Origin: Paramecium tetraurelia
Taxonomy: Eukaryota
DNA length: 64,000 nucleotides
Reading direction: 5' to 3'
NCBI GenBank assembly: GCA_000165425.1
Contig: CT868296.1
Span: 434,001-498,000, forward strand
Both the position numbers and the translations under genes were made by a program. Below, one piece after another: positions 1 through 14,279 of this stretch (position 1 is its first letter; every line of letters begins with the position of its first letter). The notes beneath the pieces are model-generated. The model was given only the letters and a program-made list of their open reading frames with translations. It was not told where the DNA came from and did not search any database.

Positions 1-468
1 CCTTGCATTCTAAATTTATGCAGTATAATTTTCCATTAAGAATGTGAAAAGAACTACAATATTTTATAGCCTTATTATAATGATTCAGTTATCATAATGG
101 AGATTATAAGGCTTTAGGAGGATGGTTAACCAAGAAAAATAAGGGAGGCAGCAATAAGATGCATTAAAATATTGATAGAAAACTCGAATGAAAATTAAAT
201 TCAGCTATTAATTTTTGAAAAAATACACTTAAAATTGATGGATGTACTTAATGATTTTTCACTTAATTCTAATTCAATACTATTTACTTTAATTTCTTTA
301 CATAATCTTATGAAAACATAAAGAAATAAATATCCTGAATGTTTAGAACCCTAGAATCTTATACATTTAACAAATTCTAAAAACAAGGATATTTAAAAAA
401 TAACTTATGAAATAATACAATAAGTTGAAGAAAGTAATCACAATTGTATGAGTAATATATTACTATGA
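1..468 (+). CDS. 3' part of a helical (ARM/importin-alpha-like) repeat protein, truncated by the window edge
   Basis: Frame +1 is open in the ciliate code to TGA 466-468: ...QPRKIREAAIRCIKILIENSNENQIQLLIFEKIHLKLMDVL...LIHLTNSKNKDIQKITYEIIQ. The amphipathic helical pattern resembles ARM repeats. Confidence 0.55.
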
Positions 469-482
469 ATTATATAAATAAA

Positions 483-2015
483 TCATTTTTGTTCTTGTTG
501 AAAATATTTGACCATAATCTTAGCAGTAGTCTCATCATCCTCTAAATGATAAGGATACCCCAATTTCATTTATCCAGAGTCTGCCTTTTTTTATTTATAT
601 TAATCCATGAATCTAGATCTGGCTCCTCCTTGTGAACCCAAAGATTCACGACTAAAAGGATTATTGGAGTGATGACTTTAGATCTAAACCTATGAAACCT
701 CTTGGATTTAAGTCAATTTCTATTTAGGTATAAATAGATCTGCTGTAAGCATTTACTAAGTGGGTTAGTCTTCTTAAGATGGAAATTGATTTTAGACTAT
801 GACAGCTTGTTGGGGAGGTTGTTTTGTTATTACTTTTTGGTTTAGGTAATTTATAGATTGTCTGTACAGTTTGTTAGGCTGTTGTGGTCTCAAATTATGT
901 AAAGATTGGCCTTTATAACTAGAATATAAGTATGTGATTTACTTGTTACTATGTTAATAGGGTGTAATATGATCAATGCTTTTAGTTTATAAGAGTGTAG
1001 TTTTATAATGTTCTATTTATTTATTAGATGAGTATTCATCATAATTTTATTGCATATTTAGTATTTTATCCTACTTCATAGTTCTTAAAGATCTAGATAT
1101 ATGCATAGTGGTGCCAACTTGATCCTCTTTAACTGTGGTAATAAAATCACTCCTTTTATGCTGATTATAATAAAAAGGAAAAATACCTCTTTTTCTTTGA
1201 ATCTTTATCTCGAAAGATCTCCAACTACTTCGTAACCATCAATATATTGGTTATTTTGATTATTGAGGTTAATAGGATGCTGTTCCCAAGGGTAGTCACT
1301 CCTATGGCCCATCATATAAACATGGATAAATGTTAAATGTATGATTATCCAACCATTTTTCTTTTTGTTCATCTTTCCAACTTGGTCTAATCAACATTTT
1401 CAAGTCTTTATTCTTGAAAACTATAGATATTTATGAATTACTTAGACATCTAATTGTTCACTCACCTTTTTTAATTCTTGGTTCACTCTTTCAACTTCAG
1501 TTCTCTAACTTAAACCAAATCTCATTGGCTCACTTTGCTTTGATAAATCTTTTGGTTTCAACCACTTTTCATGATTTTTAGTTGGAAGGTTTGGATCAAA
1601 CTCACCTGTTGCTAAATGAGCAGACCTAAATTCTTGTTATGCGGTTTGAGCTCTGTTTTTTGCTACTTGGAATCTATTATTATTATATCTTATAAATTAC
1701 GTTTTCAGATAGATTCCACCCATCTTTTCCATCTCCTTGTCTTTTTCTCTATCTCGAAATGAATGCTTGCTTGTAGGCAGTAATGGGTATGATCCATTTT
1801 TCATACTTTCTACATATTATTTAGACATCATTGTTTCTTAAAATGTCTCAATCCTTTATGAGGCACGAGCCTTCAATTATACAGATTATATATTTCGTTT
1901 TTAATCTGATTACTCTTTTATTTACTATCTTCATTTATTAATTTATTATACTTATCTTTTTCCTCCTTTTCTTTTTGCAGTTACTACTTTTACTTAAAGA
2001 AGTTATTAAGTGACA
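483..2015 (-). CDS. Hypothetical basic, Gln-rich protein with several tiny introns
   Basis: ATG 2015 (MSLNNFFKQKQQLQK...), GTA..TAG micro-introns, ends ...EDDETTAKIMVKYFQQEQK-TGA at 483-485. Confidence 0.65.
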
Positions 2016-2780
2016 TTTACTATAATTATATTTTTATATTTAAATAAATTCTTATAATTTATATAAAGTAACTGATGCTAATACTTTCAAATCTCGCTTA
2101 CATCCTAAATTCTAATATTCCTAATCATTAATACCAAATCAAACACAAAGTTCCCCAATTTATGTTTAAGATTTAAAAAACTTGTTTTTAGTGTTATTTT
2201 CACTTTAGTAATCAGAAAATATTTAAGCATCTATAAAACCATCTTTCATCATAATCTTAAAATAGTATTACAACCTAAGAAAAATTCAGATTCTGAGAAA
2301 GCTTTTAAAAACTTAGATTTAAGTAAATCAATTATTATTAACAAAAAAAATCGATATCAAATAAAAAATTATCTTATGAAACCTCTTTATTGACACCAAA
2401 AAAATAAAAAAAGTAGAAGAAACTGCTTGTTCAAACTGAAAGATTGGAAATCAAATGCAATTTATGAGGGGTGCAGTCAACTTTGTTGTTATTTTAGCAA
2501 AATTAAACAATTAAAAATTATGAAAAGTTCATTTCTTATTATTATGTTTTAATATTAGCAGTTAAGAATTAATGATGATAAATAAAATTATGCATTTGAA
2601 TCCTTTAAAAATGTATTATCTGATACTATATATTCTATTCTTATTTAACGACTAATTTTATAATTGATGGAGATTAAATTATGAATAAACAGCTTCAGCT
2701 GATATCGAATGTTAGAAAAGGAAAAGACAAAATAATTATTATTATTTAGATAATAATGAAATTATTGTATAATTATAAGA

Positions 2781-4281
2781 TCATTAACTTACTAATCCAG
2801 CTGGCATAGAGCTTGTAATTGTTGCCAAGGGCTAGAATCCTAATTCCTCAGGTGGAATGCCAAATTCTACTAATTTTGCCTCATATACTCTGATAGAATC
2901 ATTGTATGCTTTAGTTGCATGGTGAATAGAATATCTAAGATTCTTGACTAATTAATTTTTAGCTCTAAAAATAATAATAATAATATTGAATACTCAATAG
3001 ATTCTTTGATTTTAATGGTTAATTGTTAGTACATTTATGGATCCATATTAACTCTCTCAACAATAGTTTTTAATTAAACTTCCTATTAATATTATAATGT
3101 TATTACTTTTTCTTCTAAACCATCTTACATATTTTATAATTGTTAACCCAACACATTATTTTACAAATCTGTGTGTTTTTTAACTTCCATAGCAATTCTT
3201 TCAAATTTTTCTTCTAACTCTTATTTTTCTCGTAATAATTTGTCATACTTAAAATTTAAGTCATTGCTATTATGTTTTAATTCTGCATATTTTTCTGTTA
3301 AAGTGGTATTTTTTGATTGCAAATTTTGCAAAGACATTTTATGCTAAAATATTATTAGACTATGATACTTTTGAAAATTATTTAAGAGCATTTTTGAGGA
3401 TATCTCTTTCTTCAGTTGCTTATTTCAAGGGGATTCTAATGTTATTATTGGCAGCCTTCATGTCAGCTATGATTTTGCTATTCTTTTATAGTTTTGCATT
3501 GATGCTTGCTATTTCTTCCTTTTAATTTTTGATGAGTTCCAAGTTCTCTCTTGTAATAGTATTGTAATATTGTTTAAGTTCAGCAAATGCAGTTTCATGG
3601 TTATTAATCAGTTCATTTATGTGAAGATTTTTTCTTTCTTCGAGTTCATGGATTTCTACCTTAAGTCTTAGCTCTAATTCTTCTTTTAGCTTTTGAAGTC
3701 TCATTTTATATTTCTCTTCCATATTTTTTAAAGTCTCATCAAAAACCTATTTTGATTTATCAAGAGTTTTTTTGTTATTTTTTTCTTCTTTTTCAATAGC
3801 GTGGATATATGAATTTTCATATTCCTCTTATAATTTTTTTAAATGTGTTTTTTATCTTTTTTATTCATCACTTCTCTTAGAAAAATGATCATTCTCTAAA
3901 TTGTGTGCTTCCTTTCCATCTTTTTCAATTTCATCATTTGCTTTTTCTTATTCATACTCAAGATGTTTAACCTAAATTAATTGATAGTTATACTTTTTAT
4001 AAATAACTTTTTAATTGGATTCTATGAGTTTCCTCCAGTTACTCAGCTTCAGTTTCTTTGTTAACGATTTTGATATTTAGCTCTTAAATTTCTGATAAGC
4101 AATTTGAGAAAAAATTTTGAACCATATCCCGATCCATTTGGATATAATTTCTCTTTTACTTCAATTCAGTCAACTTATCTCTAAATATTTGTAAATTCTA
4201 TGTAAGCTCTTAAGCAGTCATCTTAGTAAATTCATCTTCTGGTTCTTGTGGTGCTTTCTTAGGTTTCGGCTTGGGAGGCAT
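2781..4281 (-). CDS. DRC4: Dynein regulatory complex subunit 4 (GAS8/trypanin)
   Basis: MPPKPKPKKAPQEPEDEF... RNYIQMDRD... LELRLKVEIHELEERKNLHINELINNHETAFAELKQYYNTITRENLELIK, and a C-terminus GIPPEELGFQPL...PAGLVS. These are GAS8-family signatures. Confidence 0.93.
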
Positions 4282-4621
4282 GAATAATAATTAAACAAAT
4301 AAATAATTTAGAAAAAGTTTTTATTTTTTTACATGAGAATTTTATGATTTAAAAAATATATAACGTTTTATTACATGAGACAAAGAAGTATCAATTTAAT
4401 TTTTATAATATATGATCCACTTTTGTATATATTCCAAAGTATATAGATAGGTAAGAATAAATAAGAATAAATTATTTATTTATATTATAAAACTTTAGAT
4501 TAAACTAACTCATTCGAAATCTACCTTATCAAAAGCATCTACAATTATCAATTAACTAATATGGATCAAGTCATTGATCATTATAAATAAAACTTAAAAT
4601 AAATAATTTTTATATATTTAT

Positions 4622-5379
4622 ATGATTCCAAAATGTCAAAATGCCTATGATTACAATGATTTCAAAACCAATAATGGATATCCATAAATTTTAACTCATC
4701 ACATATCTCCGATAAAGAATATATTGGCACCAAGCAGGTAGGAAATATTAATTGATATACTCCAAAGCAAATTTAATGGTTTTATAAAAGAAGTTGAATT
4801 GGCTAAATAAAAGATTATAAAGGTTATTAAAGACTGTTCAGAAAATAATATATTTACTATATAAGACAAGCCAATCAATTTTGATGATTACATGAGTTTT
4901 ATAGAAATCAACACCAAGAATTATCTGCATGAGATAAAAAACCATCATAAGCTTACTATAAATTTGATAACACAAGAAAGTTCAGAAATCACTCATTAAT
5001 CGTCCTCATTTGATATGTAACAAATGTGCGATAAATGCTAAGTGATGGTTGAGAAAGACTTAGTATAATTGGATTGTTTTCATTGCTATCATTAGAAATG
5101 TGTAGGCGATTACATTAAGATATAAATTAACAACAGTTGCAAGACCTTAAGATGCCTAAATTGCTAATAAAAAGTTAAAACCTCAATACTAAGAAAATTT
5201 GTTCCATTTTAATTAATAGATAAAATGTTTAAGGAATAATTAAAATCCATAAAAAACAGCTTTTTGCCTAATCAAATTTTCTGTTGCAAAAAACCTGGAT
5301 GCAATTACTTTTGTATACGACAACTTGGAATAAAGGGACTAATTAGATGTCAGATTTGTGAAAGCCTTATAAATAACTG
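4622..5379 (+). CDS. RING-finger protein with a partial IBR-like Cys cluster (putative E3 ligase)
   Basis: CDKC...LDCFHCYHQKCV...CLNC RING, followed by CCKKPGCNYFC...CQIC; TGA 5377-5379. The start at 4622 is tentative: the span is not a multiple of 3, so the 5' model may need a small correction. Confidence 0.7.
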
Positions 5380-5406
5380 AATATATATATATATAACTAA
5401 ATAATA

Positions 5407-6347
5407 TCAAGCATTTGTTAATTCAACAACTAATTCACTTCTTCGATCTATCAAGACATTAATATCTAAAACATTAGCGGCCCTATAATTGAATTATAGC
5501 CTTTGTTTATAATAAAGGATGTAATAAATAGCCATTGGAGATATCATTAGCGTTAACACTTTCATGATAAACATTACAAATATCTAATTATTATTAATAT
5601 TCAATGCTTACACTAATAATAGATGATGCCTCATAATATGATTTACAATCATCAAGAGTATAGGCACTCATGTTTGCCCAATAATCCCATCCAAATTAAA
5701 TTAGACCAGATAGCAAATCGCAGCCCAAAAAGATTTTAATTTCTAAAGCTTGTTCCTCCATTTTATTTTAATCGGTAGGCTTTAATTCTTGTTTTGATAT
5801 TTATAGTTAATCCAGCGCTTAAAATCCAAAACCACATGCAAATAAAGTTAAAATTACTGTAGTTCCAGATAAATAAACCAAATCCATTTTTAAGCAATAA
5901 TAACTTAATATTATCTAATAAATTACTCATATGCTTCATTTGATATTATTGCAGTCCAAAACCATTCTATAAACACAAAGCCACTTATGATCTTTAAAAA
6001 GACTTCTAATTTATCTAAAAAATCTTTTTCAAATCCGATTTCTGCAAGCAAAGTACATAATAAAATTTCATTCAAAATTCTTAGACATCTAATAGTTGAA
6101 ATTACAAAATCAGATCCTAAAGTCTGATTGACAATTTACCCCAAAATATAAAATAGGCACTAAGCAATATTAATTAACTCATAGAGATGCCATAAATAAT
6201 TTTGTTCAATTTAGATAACAATTTATTGCGATCTCTAAATATAATTCGGAATCCATTAATAGCCATGATTGAAGCTGTAGTCGATATGGCCACTTCTAGA
6301 AATGCTTCAATGCAATTCGCACCATCACATTAAAATAATGTTGCCAT
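5407..6347 (-). CDS. Seven-transmembrane (GPCR-like topology) protein, 288 aa
   Basis: MATLFQCDGANCIEAFLEVAIS...; three introns (23, 23, 28 nt) restore the frame; seven hydrophobic segments; ends ...ELTNA-TGA. Confidence 0.75.
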
Positions 6348-7466
6348 TGTATTTTATTAGTTTTATAATTCAATTATTATAAGACTATACAATTTCAGAA
6401 TTAAAATAATCTGACTTCCATTTAATGTAAATGAGAGTGGTTGCTTTAATTTTAGAATTTTTACATAGAGCTTCAAATTTTAAGTGTTTATCAACCCTTC
6501 TAGAATATTAAGAAGTAATGAATGGATAAATTATTTTGGTAAACAATTTTACCAATAGTGGATGAATTTTCAAAATCGAAAAATATTGAACTTTGTAGAT
6601 TAATTGTAAATAAGAATTTATATCAGTGAATAATCATGAGTAAATTATTTTTATAATAAATTGTTTCTCATTTTAGCTTAAATTCCTTACAAAATTTTAT
6701 CAAACTTTAAGATAATATTTCGTATTGGGTCAATAGGATATTGATACTTATTTATTTAATAATTTATTGATTAAAAAATAAGAGTTAGAGAAACTTTGAA
6801 AGTGATTCTATAATTGTCTCATTATATTCTAAAGTTTGTTAAACTAATTAACTTATGTATCAAAAATTATAAATTACTAATAGGAACTTGAAACTTAAAA
6901 AGGGAAGTGATATAAACATTCCTTTTTTAAATTCTTTAAATTGAAAATTTTTAATATTTTTTGACTAATAAATTTAAAGAGATATAAGATATCGGAATCA
7001 AACTCTTTTAGTTATTTTCATTGAACCATATATCCAAAGAATGCAATCTTTATAAATTTTATAACAAAAACAAAAAAGGAGATTCTATTTTTTAATTTAC
7101 ATTAAAAATAATTTGAAAGGTTTAAATATGTTATCAATAATTGCATAATGATTATCGACACTGTATCTGGTTATTAAAATCAATCAAATATTAAATATGA
7201 AATTATTAATAGCTATAGATTAAGTACAATTTCATATTATCAATGTTATGTTGTAATGAACTGATTAAAAGTAGAAAAATTAATGGACAATAATTATATA
7301 ATGGATGCTTATTAATTTGAAAGTTAAGTAATTCTTACTAAATGAACAATAAAGATTGGTAATCAAAAGAGAGAAGAAGGATTCTTAGAATCTATAAATT
7401 TCCAATAAAGTGTGAGTATATAAGAGTATAAAAAATGGTTATCATTAATATAATAATTTATTAAAT

Positions 7467-10103
7467 ATGGATCCAAGGTCTTAAAATAATTCTGACAATT
7501 AAATTCACGGTGATGACAACGATGATTAACGTTCAGGAGACGATGCAGTAATTAATATATTAACTTTAAGGACAAGTTAAATAATTTCAAGCACAATATT
7601 AATGATGGTGGTGAAGTGATCCACGAAAATGTCAAAAGAATTGACATGAAAAAAACCTTGAATGACACTACCTTCATATTGACTTGCTTAAAAAATCATT
7701 TTGTTTTTTATAATCTAAGTGAAGCAGAACTGTAAATTTATTTGTTATTTTTAAAGTGAAAATATCGTAAACAAGATGTTCTATTGTGAAGCTGCTGCAT
7801 AAACCTATATCTTCAAATAATAAGATCATGCAACATGCTTTTTTATATTATAGAGAGGAAGTTTAGAAGTTATAGTTAATGAAAAGGTAAATTTTGTGAT
7901 TCAAAAATTTTAAGGCCAAAAGAGAATTAAAAACAGGAGATGGATTTGGAGAGTTAGCTCTGTTATATAATGCTCCTCGTTCCGCATCAGTAAAATGCTT
8001 CGAGAATTGTAATCTATGGGGAATCGATAGAAATACATTCAGAAGGGCTGTTGAAGAGATGATTACAAAGGAATACGAGGAAAACAGAAAGTTTATGGAA
8101 GTAGTTAGATTTTTTCGTATTTTCTTTATAATAAATTTAGATAATTTAACAAATGAGTAGAAGGATGCAATTGCTGCAGTTTTAATTGTTCAGAAATTTT
8201 ATAAAAATTAAATCATTGTAAATGAAGGTGATCCTGGATCCTCATTTTATATTATCAAAGAAGTATATTGATTTAAAGTAAATTTTTAGGGAACTGTCTC
8301 TGTTCTAAAAGGAAACAAAGAAGTTAGAAAACTCTACAAGGGAGACTCCTTTGGTGAATAGGCTCTGTATTATAATACTGTGAGACAGATGACAGTCAGA
8401 GCAGAGGATGACGTTAAATGTTTGGCATTAGGAAGAGACTCTTTAACTAAAATTTTGGGAGATTAGGTTCATGTAGTTACATTTAGAAATTTGTAAAAAT
8501 GGGCCTTCGAGAAGAATGCCTTATTAAGCAAATTAACCAAAGCATAAATCGACAAAGTGTTGGATGTGATGAAAATATCCTCATGCAAGGCTGGTGATGT
8601 GATTCTCAAAAAGGGAACATAAGCCAATCAAAAGATTATTGTTATTATTGAAGGTAGTTTGAAAAAGAGTAAATCTGGAATTACAGTTGCAACCAAAGCT
8701 TAAGCTTGGGGAGAAGAGTACTTCTTATAAACCAATAAGGCTAAGATGTATTAGATATAAACAATTATTTAGTTTAGATGATGATATAGTTATGGAAACT
8801 GATGGAGTAATTGCAGAAATTACTGCCGACAATTTTATAGATTGTATCTAAGGTGAATTAGAAGAAGTCATTAAGAAGAACGAGAAAATACTTGAAAAAA
8901 AATTACAAAAATCAGATCAAACTAAAAAGAAAGAGGCTTAGAATATCAAAAAATCAGAGTTAATTCATATTAAAACAATTGCCTATGGTCAATTTGGTCC
9001 AGTCTACTTAGTTAAAGCTAAATACAATTAACAATTATATGTCTTAAAAGCATTTAACAAAAATCAAATTAATGAATAAACTCTTGAAAAGTACTTTTAA
9101 TAGATAGATAATTTAGATATTTACAATAAGAAAAGCAAGTTTTAGAAATTGTCAATTTCCCATTCATCATCTCGTTTATGAAAACATTTAAAGATACATT
9201 GGATGTGTACTTCCTCCTTGAGTATGTTAGAGGAATGGAATTATTTGATGTGATTAGAGATATCGGTAATTTCTAAAATAATCTTTAGGTCTCCTATCAA
9301 CATACGATTCTCAATTTTATGTTGCTTCCATGATTCTAATTACAGAATATCTGCATCATTAAAACATCATATATAGAGATATCAAACCCGAAAATTTCAT
9401 GGTTGATGACAAGGGATTCTTAAAATTAATAGATCTTGGAACTGCAAAAATCATTAAAGGAAAATAAGGAATTATTCGTACATATACAATTATAGGAACT
9501 CCCCATTGTATTATTATCACATAATCACTTTTATTAGATATGGCACCAGAAATCATTTGTGGTAAAGGATATAATTGTTTGGTTGATTTATGGTCTATTG
9601 GTATATGTCTTTATGAATTCATGTGTGGTATGGTGCCTTTTGGAGAAGAAGCAGAAGATCCCTATGAAATATATGAAGAAATCATCAAGAAGGATATTAC
9701 CTATCCTAATTATCTGAAGGATAAGAAGGCCAAGAAGCTTATGGATCAGTAAAATTTATTTAAAATTGATTTTTAGATTGCTATCCAGAGTTCCTGAAGT
9801 TAGATTAGGTGGTTCATATGCAAGTTTGAAAGGAAATCCTTGGTTTGAAAATTTTGATTGGGTAAATTAAAAAATAATAATTCCTCTAGGAAAAACTATT
9901 GGAAAAAGAGATTAAAACACCTTATTTGCCACCAGCTGACAAATTACTACCAGAAATCGAAATAAAATCCCTTGAATAAAATAGTAGAATGATTGAAGAT
10001 GAAATAAAAGTAACTAATATAATATATTCTAAAGTAAGAGCAATCTGTCAGGTAAATCGATGGTAATAATTAAGGAGATCAAGGATGGGAAAAAGATTTT
10101 TGA
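7467..10103 (+). CDS. PKG: cGMP-dependent protein kinase (tandem cNMP-binding domains + AGC kinase)
   Basis: [16 protein letters not shown] and [16 protein letters not shown] cNMP cassettes, plus a third degenerate one. Kinase motifs [32 protein letters not shown]-terminal GWEKDF. Many micro-introns. The start codon is tentative. Confidence 0.93.
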
Positions 10104-10185
10104 TAATTTAAAATTAATATTGGAAAACCACATTTATCTATTAATAAAACTCTTTCCACTTTGTACGAAAATATATGATTCATAA

Positions 10186-10543
10186 TCACCAATCAGATTT
10201 ATTCCTTTACAAATCTTGCTCAATCATCTACTTTCCTTCTTCTGTCACTTCCAATTATGCAATCAATTTTATTTTTTTACCACCTTGCTCTGGAGTATAA
10301 GTTTAAGTCTCAATTTTCTTTATTGTCACGTATTGCTAAAATCACAACGAAATTAACCTTTCTTTGAAGAGTCTCAGCAACTTAAGCTACAGTCTTTGTT
10401 GCTTCTCCCAATCCATGTAAATCAACTTTTCCAAATTTTTTCAAGAAGATTTTCGATAAGAAGATAAATTGACCTGGTGATTTCTTTAAAGAAATATTCA
10501 AAACAGCAGTTTCTGGATCCAATGGTTGCTTTTGCTAATTCAT
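10186..10543 (-). CDS. Alba-domain nucleic-acid-binding protein, 111 aa
   Basis: LNISLKKSPGQFIFLSKIFLKKFGKVDLHGLGEATKTVAQVAETLQRK|QYVTIKKIET...KIKLIAQL; one 22-nt intron. Confidence 0.85.
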
Positions 10544-10866
10544 TATTAATATGTTTAAATATATATTTAAAATGAATTGCAATATATACTAATTAGTATA
10601 ATAAATGTTGCTTAATAAAGTCCATAACATTGCTTAAATCAGAAAAATTGTTATCTTTAGATAATAAAGCTCATCTAATCATATTCTATAACCTCAATAA
10701 ATCCAGTTAGATTATTAATGAATTGATTGCTCCATAGAAACAGAATACCATGTTATATGGGAAAGTTGAAAATAGGATGTTTAATGTGAATATTCAATTG
10801 TCACGATTATTGAATATATTTGTGTTGTAAACCTAATTAAGAAATTAAATTTATTATATATTTTGG

Positions 10867-12281
10867 ATGAATAGACATAACTAAATGGCAATTAGAGCGT
10901 CCTTAAAAAAAGCTCTGTTTAATGACAAGAAAAGAAATGCAGGCTTGAATTAAGGCCGCTCAAATTAATCTCCTTCTATTCCCAACAATTAACCTAGAGC
11001 TATAAATTAATAATTTAGACATTTTAGCGATGTTTATGAATATGGGAATGAATAAATAGGTAAAACAATAAGTTATTGCAAGGCGAGGGAGCCCATGGAA
11101 TTGTTAAGAAATACTACAAAAGAGATGCAAATATCAATAATGAAGCTTAAGACAGAATTGCATATGCTGTGAAAGTATTCAGAACTGGTGATACGGAAGT
11201 AATTAATACAATTAGAGAAACCTTCCACTTAAATAGAGGGCTTAATGATCTTAATTTTGTTGTAAAGGCACATGACTTATTTATAAATTCAAAAAAGGAG
11301 GAGCATCATCTTGTTATGGAGTATTGTCCATATCCTAGTCTAGAACAAAGAATAGGATCGTTCGGTGAAGAAGATATCCAATAAATCACTCTCAATTTGG
11401 CTTAATCATTATTTTCATTGCATTAGAGAGGTGTTTGCCATAGAGATTTAAAACCAGATAATATACTTATAGGAGATTAATTAACAATCAAATTGATTGA
11501 TTTTGGAGTCTCCAAAAGATTTTTAGTAAAAGGAAAAATAACGAAAAAAATAGATATGTGGACTAGAACTGGTTCATTATTTTATTAAGCACCAGAAATA
11601 TTTATGGGAGGTGGATATGATGAGAAAAGTATTACAATTAAACTTATTATATAGTTGATATATGGTCAGCTGGTATAGTCTTGTATCAACTATTATTTGG
11701 TTAATTACCTTTTCAATCAGAAACCATCTTAGATACAATTGAAATGATTACTGACTCAAAATTGAACTCTATATTCCTCAGTCAGCTAAATCCTCTGATT
11801 TAAGATTTACTCAAAAGATTATTGGAAAAGGATCCCAATAAGAGACTATCAGCTGAAGGTATAATACTTAGTATTATTCTTAGGATTTGTTTTGCATCCA
11901 TGGTTACATACAACCTAATAAAAAAAATCAAATAAGAGTTTCGATGATTGTGATATCATAGAAACAAGAAATAATGAAAACATATTACAAACTTCTCAGA
12001 TTACCATTTAAAGATAGAATTATAGATATTAGAACCAATTAATTGTACCCATCTAAGAAGAAAGAGAATAAAGTTCTTTAAAAAATAGTTGGAATTGTTG
12101 GGAGAATCATGTTCACTATGTTCCTCAAGATGGTATAAGAGTTCCTAATCTTGATAATGGGTACGCGAATTAGAATGGCACATCTTAAGAATAAGTAAAT
12201 GAACAAAAGAGAAGTGAGGATTTAACTGGTTTTTAAATAGGATTAGTGAGAACTTATTCAGAGCAATTTGATTAACCATGA
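10867..12281 (+). CDS. Ser/Thr protein kinase (CAMK-group-like)
   Basis: IGEGAHGIV, YAVKVF, HRDLKPDNILI, DFGVSK, WTRTGSLFYQAPE, DIWSAG; micro-introns; TGA 12279-12281. Confidence 0.92.
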
Positions 12282-12782
12282 CTAAAAACATCTTCTTATT
12301 TTACAATTAATCTCAATTAATAAATTGTTTTGGTACTTCTCAAATAAATCTTGAATTTTTAATTGAAAATACAAACATGCATCATCTAGAACTATTTTTA
12401 TAATAATATATATAAAAATAGTTGTAGTTTCAATGATAATTATTGTAATTACCATTAGAAATAAAGCACAATTCAATTTTTCTAAATTAGAATCTTTTAA
12501 CTTTTTCCTTATGATTTAAGCTAAATTAAATAAAAAAACAAAAATTAAAACATCTAGAACAATCAGTTCTAAATCTTCTACTTAGTTTTCCTTAAAGATT
12601 TCTAACTAAACTCCAGTATTAATCAAATATTTATAAAATTTTACATTATTCATTAAATTATCGGTATAAAAAATTATAGGAAAAAAAATAATTCTTCCTG
12701 ATTTTCTGGAAATTTATTGATAAATTAAGTAAGAAAATAATTTGAGATGATTAAATATGTTTAGACTTATATTCATAGAATT

Positions 12783-13450
12783 TCATTTGTTCTTACTTTT
12801 ACTTTATGACATTGACTTAGTGATAGATTTATAGAAATTTGTATTTTATTAAATAAGCCCAGCCGAATTTTTACGATTAACTGGGGCATAATAATTGCTT
12901 TCAAACTAATCATAAGTCTGTTGAAAATGATTGGCTCGTGACGATTTTGGGATTGGAGGCTAAGATGTTCTGGTAGCGTAGGACATTAATTAATTGTTAA
13001 ATCCTTTGTTAGGATTTATTTAAGGTCGTTTAGATTTAACAAAATTCAAGGCCTAATAATAAGTCATCTTCTTCTTCTCTATTAAATAGGCAATAACGAT
13101 AGCTGCAGATCGGGAAACACCTGCCATGCAATGAACTTCGCTTCTTATAATAAATTGATACTACCTAATACTCCACCTATGTTAAATCCTCTTTCAATCC
13201 AATCATTGGCAGTTTGAAAGTATTACGATATGTTCGTTAATTCGATATCCAAAATTTCTATTTTGTGATGAACAATCCCTTCAAATTTTAAGTTCAATCC
13301 TGCAGCTACTGTTATGACTGTTCTAATCCCTTTGCTTTTAAGGAACTCCTTAACGATAAATATTTTTATTACTAAGTTTAGTGCAGACTCGTAGTCTCCT
13401 AACCATAAAGCTCCTCGATCGTTGAGAATCAAATTGCAATGTTATTACAT
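12783..13450 (-). CDS. Dual-specificity protein phosphatase, 204 aa
   Basis: LWLGDYESA, GIRTVITVA, catalytic VHCMAGVSRSAAIVIAYL, INPNKGF; introns of 24 and 29 nt. Confidence 0.93.
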
Positions 13451-14279
13451 AAAAATTAATATCATAAATGTAGAACATTTACTTTATATTCAAAAGGAAT
13501 CAAGAAACTAGAAGGTTAAACTTCTATCCCAATTAAGTTATATCGATTGAAAAAATACTTGATGTGTAGTTTCAACTTAAATTGTACAATTAATAATGAA
13601 AGCACAATAGATGAAATCTAATTCTCAAAATAAATGATTCTCTCTGATAATTAATTAAGTCAATTTAATTTTAGCTAATAACTATACTAATAATAAATCG
13701 ATAGCTACAGGCTCTTTTATTTATTTATGGAATAATTCTTTTTGTCGATTTGATTAAGTGTTAGTAAATTATTTTAAAAATAAAAATTAACTGATTTATA
13801 TGCGGTGAATTATAAATTATTATAAAATACTTGGTACATTTTAGATCTTTTGAAATTTAATAAATTATAAATCATAAGATTATCATTATTGAAGCAATTT
13901 GGATTGTCATTACTATTTTTTTACTTTTCTTTTACAATTAAGTATAAAATGATCCATTAGATTTACCATTTAAAATGAAAACTTCTTTTATGATTCTTTC
14001 GCCTTATCCTCATAATAATTAAATATATCCTCATAAATTGCATACTAAGCGCAAAGCTATTCTATCTCTTATTCCATAAATTGTCTAAAAGAATCTTAGG
14101 GAATAGCTAGTTAATAATAAATTGATCAAAAAATAATGATTAAAACAACTTGCAAAATAATTCAACTAAAAAATTAAAATGCCATTAAAATCTAATTATA
14201 TTTATGAAAGTTTGGTTAATTAATATTTATTTGTGATACAATAGAAAAGAATTATGAATTTTGATGAATCAAAATGTAC

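Noticed and set aside
2075..2520. Short plus-strand ORF between the first minus gene and DRC4
   Set aside because: No recognisable motif; TGA-free runs of this size arise by chance in the ciliate code.
3313..3525. Standard-code ORF-track entries on the opposite strand or frame (e.g. 3313+, 9359-, 24509-, 31605+, 37565+, 42627+, 61728-)
   Set aside because: They are shadows of real genes on the other strand or frame and carry no independent motifs.
7342..7466. Possible upstream exon or uORF for PKG
   Set aside because: I found no clean GT..AG junction joining it to 7467 and no acylation motif.
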